This document shows, piece by piece, positions 8,499-18,700 of a stretch of 40,930 nucleotides of DNA. The notes beneath the pieces are model-generated. The model saw nothing but the letters and a program-made list of their open reading frames with translations, was not told where the DNA came from and made no database searches. This stretch comes from Patescibacteria group bacterium (GTDB taxonomy: Bacteria > Patescibacteriota > Microgenomatia > Levybacterales > UBA12049): the NCBI GenBank assembly GCA_023473545.1, contig JAMCXO010000022.1, forward strand, positions 1 through 40,930. Reading direction: 5' to 3'. Both the position numbers and the translations under genes were made by a program. Positions within the stretch are counted from its first letter, which is position 1. Each line of letters begins with the position of its first letter.

Positions 8499-9959
8499 AT
8501 GAATTCATTAATCGAGTCCCGAGATAAAGGATTTTTAGCGCAGTCTAAAGAAAGACCTATAGACGAAGGGTCGAGACGGAGGCTCTTAAAAATAATGCTT
8601 GCGGGAGGATTAACTTTAGGAGAAACAATGATCCATCCTGCGTCCGCCCGGGCAAGGGAGCTTTATGTTTTTCCCGGCACCCCGGAAAACAACCCTTTTT
8701 ACATGATTCCCGAAACAGCCGAAACAAGAGCCTTTTTGCGAAACTACGGGCAGAAATACGGCCTAAGCTGTGAGATCGCCTCGTTAAAAATGTGTCTTGG
8801 GATCCTGGGAACGGAAATTTCCGAAGATTATTTATTAAACGCGATGCCGAAAAACCCGGATCCAAACAAGGGCATACGGGGAAATGAAAGATTAAACGGT
8901 CAGACAACAGAAAACTACGGCATCTTGGCAAAAGGGGTTAAAGAGTTTCTTAATAACGGCGGGGGGTTTCGCTATAACAATGCTACCTTTAAAGGAATAG
9001 CCATACCTGTTATGGACCAAAACGGACAAATTGATTTAAATCCCATGATCAACGCCTTATCCAGAGGAACACCGCTGATGGTCTGGGCAACCGGAGGGCT
9101 TGTTGACACCTGGAAGGCGGAGTTTTATCTCCCCCAAGGAGGCTATCTTCGTCTTCCGGCAGATGAACACTGTATTCTTATTGACGGATATAATCCGGAA
9201 ACGCAAAAATTCAGGGTAAGAGATCCCTGGAAAAGCATACCCGGCGTGCCAAGACCAGGCACGATTGAAGAATATCCCGACACGGCAAAACTTCTAAATG
9301 CCATGTCTTATTATGAACAACCTGTCCTGGCGGTTGAGGCGCTTGACTGCCCGGTCCCCCTGGGCCATTTTTATAAATCGCAGGATTCGGAATCGGAAGA
9401 AGGATTTATTATTCCCTCCCAAATACTCGGACAATATCAGTCTCTCGGAGGAAAAGGCGTTTTGGGAGGCCCGATAAGCCGGCTGTCAAAAAGCGGCAGG
9501 AACTATCCGTATCTTTACCAGTTAACCGAGCGGGGTGTGTTGCAGTATAATCCGGGTAATAATTCCCTGGCATTGGCAAACACCCTGGATATCTTTTCAG
9601 AGAACGGATGGGACTGGTATCTTAGGTTTGTTAATAAAATTCCGCGGCCGATTGGAGAGGACGGCTCTCACGGAGATTATGCCAAAGCCAAAAAAATCCG
9701 TCTTGGCTGGCTGACAGATAACGCCATAGAAAAAGCTTATTTAGGGAAAACGGAAAATCAAGAACTTCTTGGGCTTCCCGCCTCGTTCCCGCAAATAATC
9801 GGGGAACAGATTGTCCAGCGATTTCAAAGAGGAGCTATTAGCTATAAAGAGGGAAAAATAAGTTTTGTCTGGGGAAGCGAACTGATAAGAAATGTCGGGT
9901 TGTTTCCGGGCATAAATTACCGGCCCGAGTCGCTCTTCTCGGCGCTTGTCAGGCAATAA
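8499..9959 (+). CDS. C39-like cysteine peptidase with twin-arginine-like leader and C-terminal LGFP-like repeats
   Basis: SRRRLL plus hydrophobic stretch. Catalytic-type motifs GLSCEIASL, EHCILIDGY and VRDPW. C-terminal YQSLGGKGVLGGPIS and LLGLPAS...QRFQRG. Confidence 0.75.
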   Translation: MNSLIESRDKGFLAQSKERPIDEGSRRRLLKIMLAGGLTLGETMIHPASARARELYVFPGTPENNPFYMIPETAETRAFLRNYGQKYGLSCEIASLKMCLGILGTEISEDYLLNAMPKNPDPNKGIRGNERLNGQTTENYGILAKGVKEFLNNGGGFRYNNATFKGIAIPVMDQNGQIDLNPMINALSRGTPLMVWATGGLVDTWKAEFYLPQGGYLRLPADEHCILIDGYNPETQKFRVRDPWKSIPGVPRPGTIEEYPDTAKLLNAMSYYEQPVLAVEALDCPVPLGHFYKSQDSESEEGFIIPSQILGQYQSLGGKGVLGGPISRLSKSGRNYPYLYQLTERGVLQYNPGNNSLALANTLDIFSENGWDWYLRFVNKIPRPIGEDGSHGDYAKAKKIRLGWLTDNAIEKAYLGKTENQELLGLPASFPQIIGEQIVQRFQRGAISYKEGKISFVWGSELIRNVGLFPGINYRPESLFSALVRQ

Positions 9960-9960
9960 C

Positions 9961-10743
9961 TTAGTAGGTTTCGTAGTAAATAACAACGCTAACCCTAACC
10001 GTATTCTGTCCGGGCGTTACATTAGTTTGCGGTGCCCCCCTTTGCCCGGCTGAATTGTAGGCCCCGCCCATCATGGGAAACGGCCTTGGCATATTCGAGG
10101 TTTGAACCACGTTTACTATTTTCCCCAAATTTATCCCCGAGGCGCTGGAAAGGTTGCGGGCTTTTTCCTTGGCATTGGCAACTGCCTGGCGCATTGCCTT
10201 ATCTTCGAGAGCCTTCTCAAGCCCTTTTGAAAAGGCAAAGCTTATCCCGCCGACAAGGTTTGCCCCATCCGAGACCGCAACGTCTATAACCTTATTTACT
10301 TTATCAATAGGCGTTACCTTAATTTCGAGGTTCTCCGAAACAGTATAGCCTGCTATATTCCCTCCTCCTCTTACCGGAATCATGGATTGATAAACCGGCG
10401 GATAATTCGGGTAAAGGGAATAATTCACGGTCTTGATGTCCTCCGGGGCGATTCCAAGTTTTTTAATGTCCTTTATAATTTTGCCGGAAACCCCGTTTGT
10501 CCTGCTTTGCGCCTCACTTACCGTGGCGGAAGTTTGGCTAATGCCCAAATCAACAACCGCCGTATCGGGAACCGCGCCTGCCGTCCCTTCTCCGCGCGCG
10601 GAAAAAAGGTCTGTTTTGGCAGTTTGAACGCTTCTTATAAAAAACGGTATGGGCCCCGCCAGCCTTGTATACAAGAAAAAGGCTACGAAAAGTACAGCTA
10701 TCGTAACAACAGGAGTTTTAAATTCTTGGTAAAACCGCCTCAC
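9961..10743 (-). CDS. SIMPL (DUF541) domain protein
   Basis: N-terminal TM, GEGTAGAVPDTAVVDLG, IKTVNYSLYPNY, AVANAKEKARNL and PGQNTV. Confidence 0.9.
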   Translation of the reverse strand: MRRFYQEFKTPVVTIAVLFVAFFLYTRLAGPIPFFIRSVQTAKTDLFSARGEGTAGAVPDTAVVDLGISQTSATVSEAQSRTNGVSGKIIKDIKKLGIAPEDIKTVNYSLYPNYPPVYQSMIPVRGGGNIAGYTVSENLEIKVTPIDKVNKVIDVAVSDGANLVGGISFAFSKGLEKALEDKAMRQAVANAKEKARNLSSASGINLGKIVNVVQTSNMPRPFPMMGGAYNSAGQRGAPQTNVTPGQNTVRVSVVIYYETY

Positions 10744-10781
10744 ATAACCATCCTAGTTTAAAGATGGGCCATTTGTCAAGG

Positions 10782-12551
10782 TTAATAAATCTCGAACGAC
10801 TCCAGTAGCTTTCTGTTGCCTTCGACCTGATAGCGCAGGAGAGACGAATAAATGCCTTTTTTCTTCGCCAGTTCCCGGGGCGGTCCGCTGTCAACGATTG
10901 TTCCCTTGTCAATCACCAAAATCTTCTCAACATTTTGAATAGTCGTAAAGCGATGGGCAATAATAATAACCAGTCTATCCTTCATTAAATTTTGCAGCGC
11001 GTCTTGGACCTCTTTTTCGGATTTCGCGTCAAGAGAAGAGGTTGCCTCATCCAGGATAAGAATCGGCGCGTCTTTTAAAATAGCCCGGGCGATTTGGATG
11101 CGCTGTTTTTGCCCGCCCGAAAGCCGCACTCCCCGTTCCCCGACCCGGCTCCTGATTCCACTAGGCAGTCTCTGAACAAAATCAAAGGCATTGGCAAGCT
11201 TGAGGGCCGAAATTATCTTTTCTTTGCTTGCGTCGGGATTTCCATAGGCGACATTCTCTTTAACGGTTGAGGAAAACAGCTCATTTTCCTGGAAAACCAG
11301 GGCTATATTATGCCTGATATACCTTGCTTCCAGATTTTTATAATCTTCGTTTTTCAGATAGATCGCGCCCTCGGATGGTTCATAAAACTTTAACAGCAGA
11401 TTAACAATCGTTGTTTTGCCGGCGCCGCTATGGCCAACCAAAGCGACTTTTTCTTTGCTCCGAATGGAGAAGGAAACATTTTTTAAGACATTTTCCGAAT
11501 TCTCGTAACGAAACGACACGTCTCTAAACCGGATTGTCGGGTTCTTAGCGCGTTCTAACGGGGTTTGGATTTTGTAATTTTCTTTTGAAGGAAGGCGCAG
11601 GATCTCAAAATACTCTTTTGAACCGCTTTCTGCCATCTGGATTTGGGTGAGGATAAACGACATGGCAAAAAGAGGGATTCGCGCCTGGTTCACCAGCTGC
11701 AAGATCAAGACCATTTCCCCAATTGACAAATGTCCCTTAAAGGTGCTGTAGAAAACGACAAGGTTAATGACAAACAAAATGATGTTAAGCGACAAGCCTC
11801 TAAAAAAGTCAAAAACATGATAGGTTGTGCTTTGTTTCGCGTAAATCCGGTTTATTTCGGTCAGATTTCGCGACAATGTTTTAAATTCCTGAATTTCGCT
11901 GATAAAACCCTTCACCAGGGGCATGTTGGCAATTACTTCCTGAATCCGTCCGCGGCTGGCGTCCTCAATCTGGTTTTTTTTGACCTCTTCCCTGCCCCAG
12001 CGAACGGTTGAATAATACGAAAGCACCAAATAAACAGGAAACAAAATAAAAGTAAATAGCGCGATTGGAATATTGTAGTGCGCCAAAACCAAAATAGTGA
12101 AAATGCTCTGGAGAAATGTCGGCAGGATAAAATTTGAGACCGCATTTAAGAATGTTTGAATGCTCTGAATGCCGCGGGCCAGCTGATTGACGATTTTTCC
12201 CGAGACACTTGAATCAAAATACGACTGAGGAAGAGTAAGCACCTTATCATAGAATTTTTCGGTGAGGAATTGCCGCAGTCTGCCAGCAAAATGATCCCCG
12301 ATCCGGCCGCTCACCGTGTTTAAAATAAGACTCAAAAGGTTCGCGCCAAAGGCGATAAAGATTAAAAGAATAAGCCTCTGCGCGTTACCGCCTTTGTGCC
12401 CAATCTGCGCGACGATTTGATCAACAATGGATTTGGATAAAATCGGCGCCACCAGCGCCAGGGCGGAAGAGACAAGGATTAAACCGGATAAAATCCAAAC
12501 CAAATAGCGCAGGGGCTTTGAGATACGGATAATATTAGCAATATTCCTCAT
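10782..12551 (-). CDS. ABC transporter, fused permease/ATP-binding (MsbA-like exporter)
   Basis: N-terminal TMD, Walker A GHSGAGKT, signature LSGGQKQR, Walker B ILILDEATS and IAHR switch. Confidence 0.95.
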   Translation of the reverse strand: MRNIANIIRISKPLRYLVWILSGLILVSSALALVAPILSKSIVDQIVAQIGHKGGNAQRLILLIFIAFGANLLSLILNTVSGRIGDHFAGRLRQFLTEKFYDKVLTLPQSYFDSSVSGKIVNQLARGIQSIQTFLNAVSNFILPTFLQSIFTILVLAHYNIPIALFTFILFPVYLVLSYYSTVRWGREEVKKNQIEDASRGRIQEVIANMPLVKGFISEIQEFKTLSRNLTEINRIYAKQSTTYHVFDFFRGLSLNIILFVINLVVFYSTFKGHLSIGEMVLILQLVNQARIPLFAMSFILTQIQMAESGSKEYFEILRLPSKENYKIQTPLERAKNPTIRFRDVSFRYENSENVLKNVSFSIRSKEKVALVGHSGAGKTTIVNLLLKFYEPSEGAIYLKNEDYKNLEARYIRHNIALVFQENELFSSTVKENVAYGNPDASKEKIISALKLANAFDFVQRLPSGIRSRVGERGVRLSGGQKQRIQIARAILKDAPILILDEATSSLDAKSEKEVQDALQNLMKDRLVIIIAHRFTTIQNVEKILVIDKGTIVDSGPPRELAKKKGIYSSLLRYQVEGNRKLLESFEIY

Positions 12552-12633
12552 TAATACATTATACAGGAAGATATATATCTTAAAACCGCACTGCTTGACT
12601 CTTTACTATCCGGTAGCGTAAAATTAGTTATAT

Positions 12634-12891
12634 ATGAAAAGAGTTTTTGTGAATAAGTATATCGCGGCTGACCCAAGCATTTGTCATGGGAAACCCACCT
12701 TTGCGGGAACACGTATTATGGTGTGGCAGGTTTTGGAAATGCTTGCCGCAGGAGAGACGGAAAACGGTATTATCAAGGCATTCCCCAGTTTAAGCAAGAA
12801 GCACCTAAAGGCTGCTTTAGACTATGCCAGTTCTCTAACCCGGGAAAGCTATGTCATCATCAACACACAAGCCCCAATTTCTCCTCGATGA
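12634..12891 (+). CDS. DUF433 family antitoxin
   Basis: DPSICHGKPTFAGTRI...AALDYA signature. Confidence 0.9.
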   Translation: MKRVFVNKYIAADPSICHGKPTFAGTRIMVWQVLEMLAAGETENGIIKAFPSLSKKHLKAALDYASSLTRESYVIINTQAPISPR

Positions 12892-13228
12892 GAATGTGCG
12901 AAAAGAGCTCTTTACATTTCTTAAAGAGATGGGAATTCCTGTTAGAGTTGCTCCAAAAGGCGCCTCGGATGAAACGCTGGCCAAAATTTCTTACAAAGAA
13001 AAATGTGTTATCATCACCAATGACGCAGATTTCAGCGAATACTCCGAGAATGCTATATTTGCTGTGGTGTGGTTAAGAATTCCCCAGAGCGATCCACAGT
13101 CATTGCTTAAAATGTTTGCTCAACTTCTTAAAAAATGCGGGGTTTTCAAAGGAAAACTTATTATTTTAGAAAGAAATACATGGAAAGATTGGCCTCTTTC
13201 CCGGGATGAGGCGTTGGGAAAGAAATAA
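12851..13228 (+). CDS. DUF5615 family PIN-like toxin
   Basis: FLLDENV, SDE and IITNDADF. Overlaps the DUF433 gene in the usual pairing. Confidence 0.88.
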   Translation: MSSSTHKPQFLLDENVRKELFTFLKEMGIPVRVAPKGASDETLAKISYKEKCVIITNDADFSEYSENAIFAVVWLRIPQSDPQSLLKMFAQLLKKCGVFKGKLIILERNTWKDWPLSRDEALGKK

Positions 13229-13338
13229 TCCTTGCTTTTAAGGATACGGCGCTACAAAAAAGAGCGGGGGCTTGACAGGCAGAGAAGAAAAGTAGTTAGA
13301 TAAAGAGGATAGGAAAGTAAAAAGAAAAAGCAAAGACT

Positions 13339-14001
13339 ATGCAGGAAGAATATCAAAACCCAAGCCTTCAGAATCAAGCCCAAGATCGGCAAGTACCTTT
13401 AGATGTTGGTTCAGGGGTACCTGCTGGTTCCCAATCTAATGTTAATCCCAATGGGGAAAAGAAAGGATTGGTTTCAAAGATCCTCTCCGTCTTTGAGGTT
13501 GGGCTGTTTGAGATTGTCTTTGTTGCCGTTACCCTTTGCCTTTTCTTTTTTATCCTTAACTACTTTAACCTTATCAGGTTATGGCAGATCTATCCTAAAG
13601 AGCTTGGGTTTCTGCCCCACAGGCCTTACCAAAGCCAGACAGACCTTACTGTTAATACAGCCGATGTCTTGAAGGGCAGGCGTTTTACCTCGCCTATTTA
13701 CCTGACTGATCCATCTGTTGACATGGCGGGAGTATCCTATGCCCTAACAGGTTCCGTGGCTTTTATTGAAAAATTAAAAAACGAGGATGCCTGGAGACTT
13801 ATTTTCAAAAGCAGGGCAGGCAATATCCTGCCCCAGGATCTTTTCACTCTTCTTCCAACAACGCCTATCTTCGCCTCCATGTCTTCCGCGGCCGCCGCCT
13901 TAAAACCCCCTGATCTTAAAAAGAACGATAAAATAACTATTTACTACTGGTGGGATCTTAAAACAGAACAGGGATCAATAACCTCCATAAGAAAACTGTA
14001 G
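13339..14001 (+). CDS. Hypothetical single-pass membrane protein
   Basis: 220-aa ORF with one TM (LFEIVFVAVTLCLFFFILNYF) and a beta-rich C-terminus. Confidence 0.75.
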   Translation: MQEEYQNPSLQNQAQDRQVPLDVGSGVPAGSQSNVNPNGEKKGLVSKILSVFEVGLFEIVFVAVTLCLFFFILNYFNLIRLWQIYPKELGFLPHRPYQSQTDLTVNTADVLKGRRFTSPIYLTDPSVDMAGVSYALTGSVAFIEKLKNEDAWRLIFKSRAGNILPQDLFTLLPTTPIFASMSSAAAALKPPDLKKNDKITIYYWWDLKTEQGSITSIRKL

Positions 14002-14147
14002 AAAGGGAAAGCGGGATTTTTTATAAGACCCTATTTCGGTTTAAGAATGTTTGAGACTGAAGAGCGTATGAAGCCAGATATCTTATAGTGTTTTAACCCT
14101 TGCTTTTTCCTTCCCTTTGTGGTAAATAGAGCTCATAGTTGTTTTTT

Positions 14148-15704
14148 ATGAGATCCCTAGCAGAATCCGGGAATACAGGAACGATGCAGGCTGAAGAAGC
14201 CTTAAACTCTTCTACTACAAGAAGGGGATTTCTGGGACAGGCGGCAGGGATAATAACAGGGATGACTATTGGAAAAGAGCTTGCCTTCCTGGAAGAAAAG
14301 ATTTCCGCCGGGAAAGTTTCCCTGGCTTCCTCTAAACCTTCCCCAAGAAGAGATGTTTTTGAAACCGCACTAAAAACCATTAATCCCCTGGAAGCCAAAG
14401 CGGTTAAAGCACAGCAGAACACCCTGGCTAATGGCAGAGCCCTGCCTGAGTCAGCGATTGACACGGAACAAGACCCTGCAATGACCAGCCTTATGAAGGC
14501 CTACGCTTACGAGAAACTAGGTGCTCCCGGCACCACGGGATACCGCGTTTCTGATGCCTGGAAGGGAAAGGACGGATTCTGGTACCAAGCCTACCAAGGC
14601 GCGATCTTACAAACCCCTGATAAGAATACCCCTCCTGTCCTCTGGAACCCCCTTGATCAGATGCATGAATACGGTCTTGACCCAATGCTTGACAACGGCA
14701 GTTTAGGGGTAACAATTCCTCCCATGGAGGATTTCAATGACGGAGTTCCCCCCGGCCATACCCAGGAATCCTTTGATATTCGTGTCCAGCACTTCAATGT
14801 CCCCCCAAACATTGTTTCCTTTGTCGAGAACCTTCGCAAAACATTTGAAACAGGGGTCTTTACCTCCCACGGCAAAGACTATGGTCCCTACGTTGTCTGG
14901 AGAACCGAGCGTATGGCCTTTCAGCTCTGGAAGGTTGACAGCCCCGCCTCTGGGGCTAAAGCAGGTGATATTGAAAGAATCCTCGCGGGAGACGCCGCCA
15001 AAAAAGCAGGCCTTGTCCCCGGGCAAGTCCAGCTTGCCTCTCCTGACCTCATCCCCCCAACCGGTCTGGGAGGAGGAAACACGGAAACTCCCCCTGCCTT
15101 CCAACCGGAATACGGGGACATTCAGAAAGACGGCTGGCAAATCATTAATCATGGCACAAAGCATGGCTTTAGCATTAACCCTCAGGCACAAGCGGAGCTT
15201 ACGGCCATTGCCCGCAAATACGAACCAAACCATAAACCAGTCCTTTTTGAGACCTATGATGACTGGCAGACTGTTCCGGAGCTTTTGGTAAAAGGTATTC
15301 AACCAGATGGAAGTTCAGTGTCATCAGAGCCTGTTTTTAATTATCTAGACGAGTATGGTAATATACAAGGCTTAACCTATTTTGCTTACACCAGGTATTT
15401 CGAACAAAATGGAATTATCCGCTATATCCTGGGATTTTCTCCTAAAATGACAGACAGTGTTCTATATGCCAACCCCCTTCTTTTTAACTACCCATACATA
15501 CATATTATAGATAACCCAACCTACGCTAAGGAAAGAAGAGACAGTATATCAAAGGAAACTTTTGCTTTTATCGCAGCTCTTATTGAATTTGATAATACCT
15601 TGCCGCCGACATGGCCATATTATATAAAAGACAACGTAGGTCATACAAAATATAACCCTGATGTACAAAGCCTCATTGATCAGGTACCCCTGCGTGTCCA
15701 TTGA
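14148..15704 (+). CDS. Hypothetical exported protein with twin-arginine-like leader and LGFP-like domain
   Basis: TRRGFLGQAAG. Central domain aligns by eye with the C-terminal domain of 8499-9959. Start at ATG 14148 or 14184. Confidence 0.75.
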   Translation: MRSLAESGNTGTMQAEEALNSSTTRRGFLGQAAGIITGMTIGKELAFLEEKISAGKVSLASSKPSPRRDVFETALKTINPLEAKAVKAQQNTLANGRALPESAIDTEQDPAMTSLMKAYAYEKLGAPGTTGYRVSDAWKGKDGFWYQAYQGAILQTPDKNTPPVLWNPLDQMHEYGLDPMLDNGSLGVTIPPMEDFNDGVPPGHTQESFDIRVQHFNVPPNIVSFVENLRKTFETGVFTSHGKDYGPYVVWRTERMAFQLWKVDSPASGAKAGDIERILAGDAAKKAGLVPGQVQLASPDLIPPTGLGGGNTETPPAFQPEYGDIQKDGWQIINHGTKHGFSINPQAQAELTAIARKYEPNHKPVLFETYDDWQTVPELLVKGIQPDGSSVSSEPVFNYLDEYGNIQGLTYFAYTRYFEQNGIIRYILGFSPKMTDSVLYANPLLFNYPYIHIIDNPTYAKERRDSISKETFAFIAALIEFDNTLPPTWPYYIKDNVGHTKYNPDVQSLIDQVPLRVH

Positions 15705-15736
15705 CAAGATAGATATAATATTAGAATAATAAAGGA

Positions 15737-18700
15737 GTGAGAAATAGTTATTTTTTCCCTCTTGTATTTTTATTCCTCAGCTCCTTAGCTTTATTTGTCC
15801 TTCTGAAAAAACCGCTTTCAGTTTTTGCCACGTCCTCATCGTCATGGTGTCCTAAAACCGCAAACTGCTACCCGGGTTGCGATAATGTTCCGCTATATAC
15901 AGGCAGCGGGTATGTCTGTGATAAGCCGGGCGATTGCGGCAGCATGAACACGATCTGTGACTATATCGGAATCAATGGATGCGGTTGTTCACAGACAGCC
16001 TGGTGCGGAGGCCCTGATCCTAACTCTTGTCAGGGAGTACTAACCTGCACTCCTAACTGTAATGGAACAATTAACGGCGAAACCTATCATTATGTACAGT
16101 GTGTTCCAGGATCTTCTTGTACAGGGCCCGCAGACGGAAACGGGTGCGCTTATTGTCAAACTGATTTTTATCCACGGTGTAATCCTGATGGAAGCTGTTC
16201 AAATATAGAGTGTACTACTCCTGGAATAGGAGAATGTGGATCATTTCCTAATCCCTGTGGTACCTTTGGAGATTTAATGTCCTGTCCCCAGCCCACCCCC
16301 ACCACCGTCCCCACGGCCGTTCCAACCGCCCCTCCCAGCTGCACTGTTGTCAAGACTTATCCTCAGTGTGGGGGAACCTGTAATGGAACAAGCTATTCCT
16401 CTAGCGATACGGTTATGACAACCCAGTCTTCCTGCAGTAATGGAACAACCCAATATTCCTGTACCGACCTGGGAACCTTGCCCGGGCAGTGTGGTAACCC
16501 TTCCGGTGGCCCTCCAAGTTTTTCCTGCGCCTGGTGCGCGGGGCCTGACCAGTGCAGCAAGTCAGGCGGCACAGCTGTTCCGGACAGCTCTTGTAATCCC
16601 CCTTACTGTTGCCAACCTAACGGAGGAGGCAAAGTCGATGTCCCCTGCGGCAATCCCTCCAACTCTCAAACCCTCACGGTTAACTCCAGCAATGGCGGGG
16701 GTTCCTGCACCTTGACTATTACCAGCGTGGGATATAACAATGGCTACAACAACACGTACGGGCCTGACATGGGAATGAGCTACTGGCAGCCTGGCAGTCA
16801 GTCTTTAGCTAACAATCCACTCCCCTCCACCCCTCTCTTAGCAAACATGGCGGGCAGTTCCGAACAGCTTTGGAGATCTGCTACCGAATGCAATACTTCC
16901 CAAGACGTTGGTTGCAACAGCTGCGGTTACAAGGCGGGGGGGCACCATAACTGTAATGAGAGCAACCAGATGGGGGGCTTTGCCGTCATGGACTTTGAGA
17001 ACATGTGGGCATACACCTCTTCTCTTTTAACCATCCAGACAGAGATTCAGAAGTATACCTATGACCAGGGACAGCCAGGGAAGAAAAACGCTGGCTATAT
17101 TATCCAGTCTGATACCCCGGGCTGCACCATCAACCTTCAAAACGCACCTGTTGACTGTTCAAATACCACCATCTCCCAGAATAATGGCGGGATGACTTCT
17201 CTTACCACGGAATGGTGGAGCGGAGGTAACGATGCCTGCTACGTCTACTACCAACCTACCTCAGGCCCCCCCTACTCCGAAACCCATTCCTTTTCTCTGC
17301 ACTACTGCGGTAATGGGGTCTGCGAGTGCGGGGAGCAGGGAACAAATCCTTCCGGTTCTAACTACTGTCCCCAGGACTGTCCTCCTCCAACCTATTCTAT
17401 CTCAGGCTTTGTGTTTGTTGACTATAACCATGACGGACAGGAAATTTCTCCTGATACCAACTACACAGGGGGCAACGCGGTCATTCAGCTGAGGGGAACC
17501 AAAACAGAAACTGTAAACGCTGATGCAAGCGGCAACTATACCTTTGGCAGCCTCCCCAACGGGTTCTATACCATTACCCTGGTTGACCCCCCTGGATATA
17601 CCAGCAGTTACCCTGGCTCCAATGATCCAAGAAGTGTAAGTATCAATAACGCTGATGTAACAAACCAGTATATAGCCATGACTCCTTTGTACTCAATCTC
17701 TGGCACCGTGTTTGTGGATACCAACAAGGATCATAAGTTCTCTTTCGCAAGCGGGGACACCTCTTATTCAGGGGCAGTGGTGGATCTTTCAACAGGGGCG
17801 CAAACAACCTCTGGCTCATATAATCCCAATCCTCCCTACGGCAACTATCTGTTCAGTAACCTTCTAAGCGGCACATACCAGGTACATCTTGATTCTCTTC
17901 CCCCTGGCTATGAGGCAACCTATCCTTTGATAGGAGCGGGCAATCCGTATTTCATTAACCTGGGAATAAATACCTCCCCATCCTGTTCCCTAATCCCTGA
18001 CTCTCCAGAATCATCGGATTCTCCTCCTCAGAGTCCCTGCTATACGGGGAGTATAAGGGGGGCTGACTTTGGCATCACCAACTCCATCCCCTGGTATCAG
18101 TGCGTTGGGGCTGAGTGCAACTTTGACAGCTCATCGGAGATTATCCCATCTAATGGCAGTGTTCTGGATAGCTGCAGCGCCAAGGGATACGCCATTGGCT
18201 CCAATGATACCAGTCAAAGCCCAGGGGTTTACCTTGATGAGCCCCCTAATCCTTTAAGCGCTGTCTCCTCAGAGGGCTGGATTGCCAACCCCTATACCTT
18301 TACCCCCAAAACAGCCGGGGTGATAAGGACTGCCTATGCGTATATAGGGACAACGCTTAGCCAATCCAATATCAACACCCAGAACGGTTCACTGGTTGAG
18401 CTGTCGGGGAATGATTCAAGCGGTAATCCCTACTGCTCAAACAATGATCTTTTAAACTGCACCCTTGAAGCCAGTCTTCCCAACGGGGTATATATAGCCA
18501 ATCTGCCTGATAGCGCCAATCCTGCTTTTCATTATCCCAATGACACCTTTGATCCAACAGCCAATGACTTTGTTCTCAACAGCTACACCTTTCCCCCAAA
18601 CAAGAACTATGTCATCCTGGTCAACGGTAACCTTTATCTAAACGGCAATATCCTTGTTCCCAACGGCTCAACCGTAACCTTCTACGTTAAGGGGAGTATT

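Noticed and set aside
14703-15302. 199-aa minus-strand and 184-aa alternative-frame ORFs
   Set aside because: Fully overlap the 14148 gene, which has a recognisable leader and a paralogous domain. No motifs of their own.
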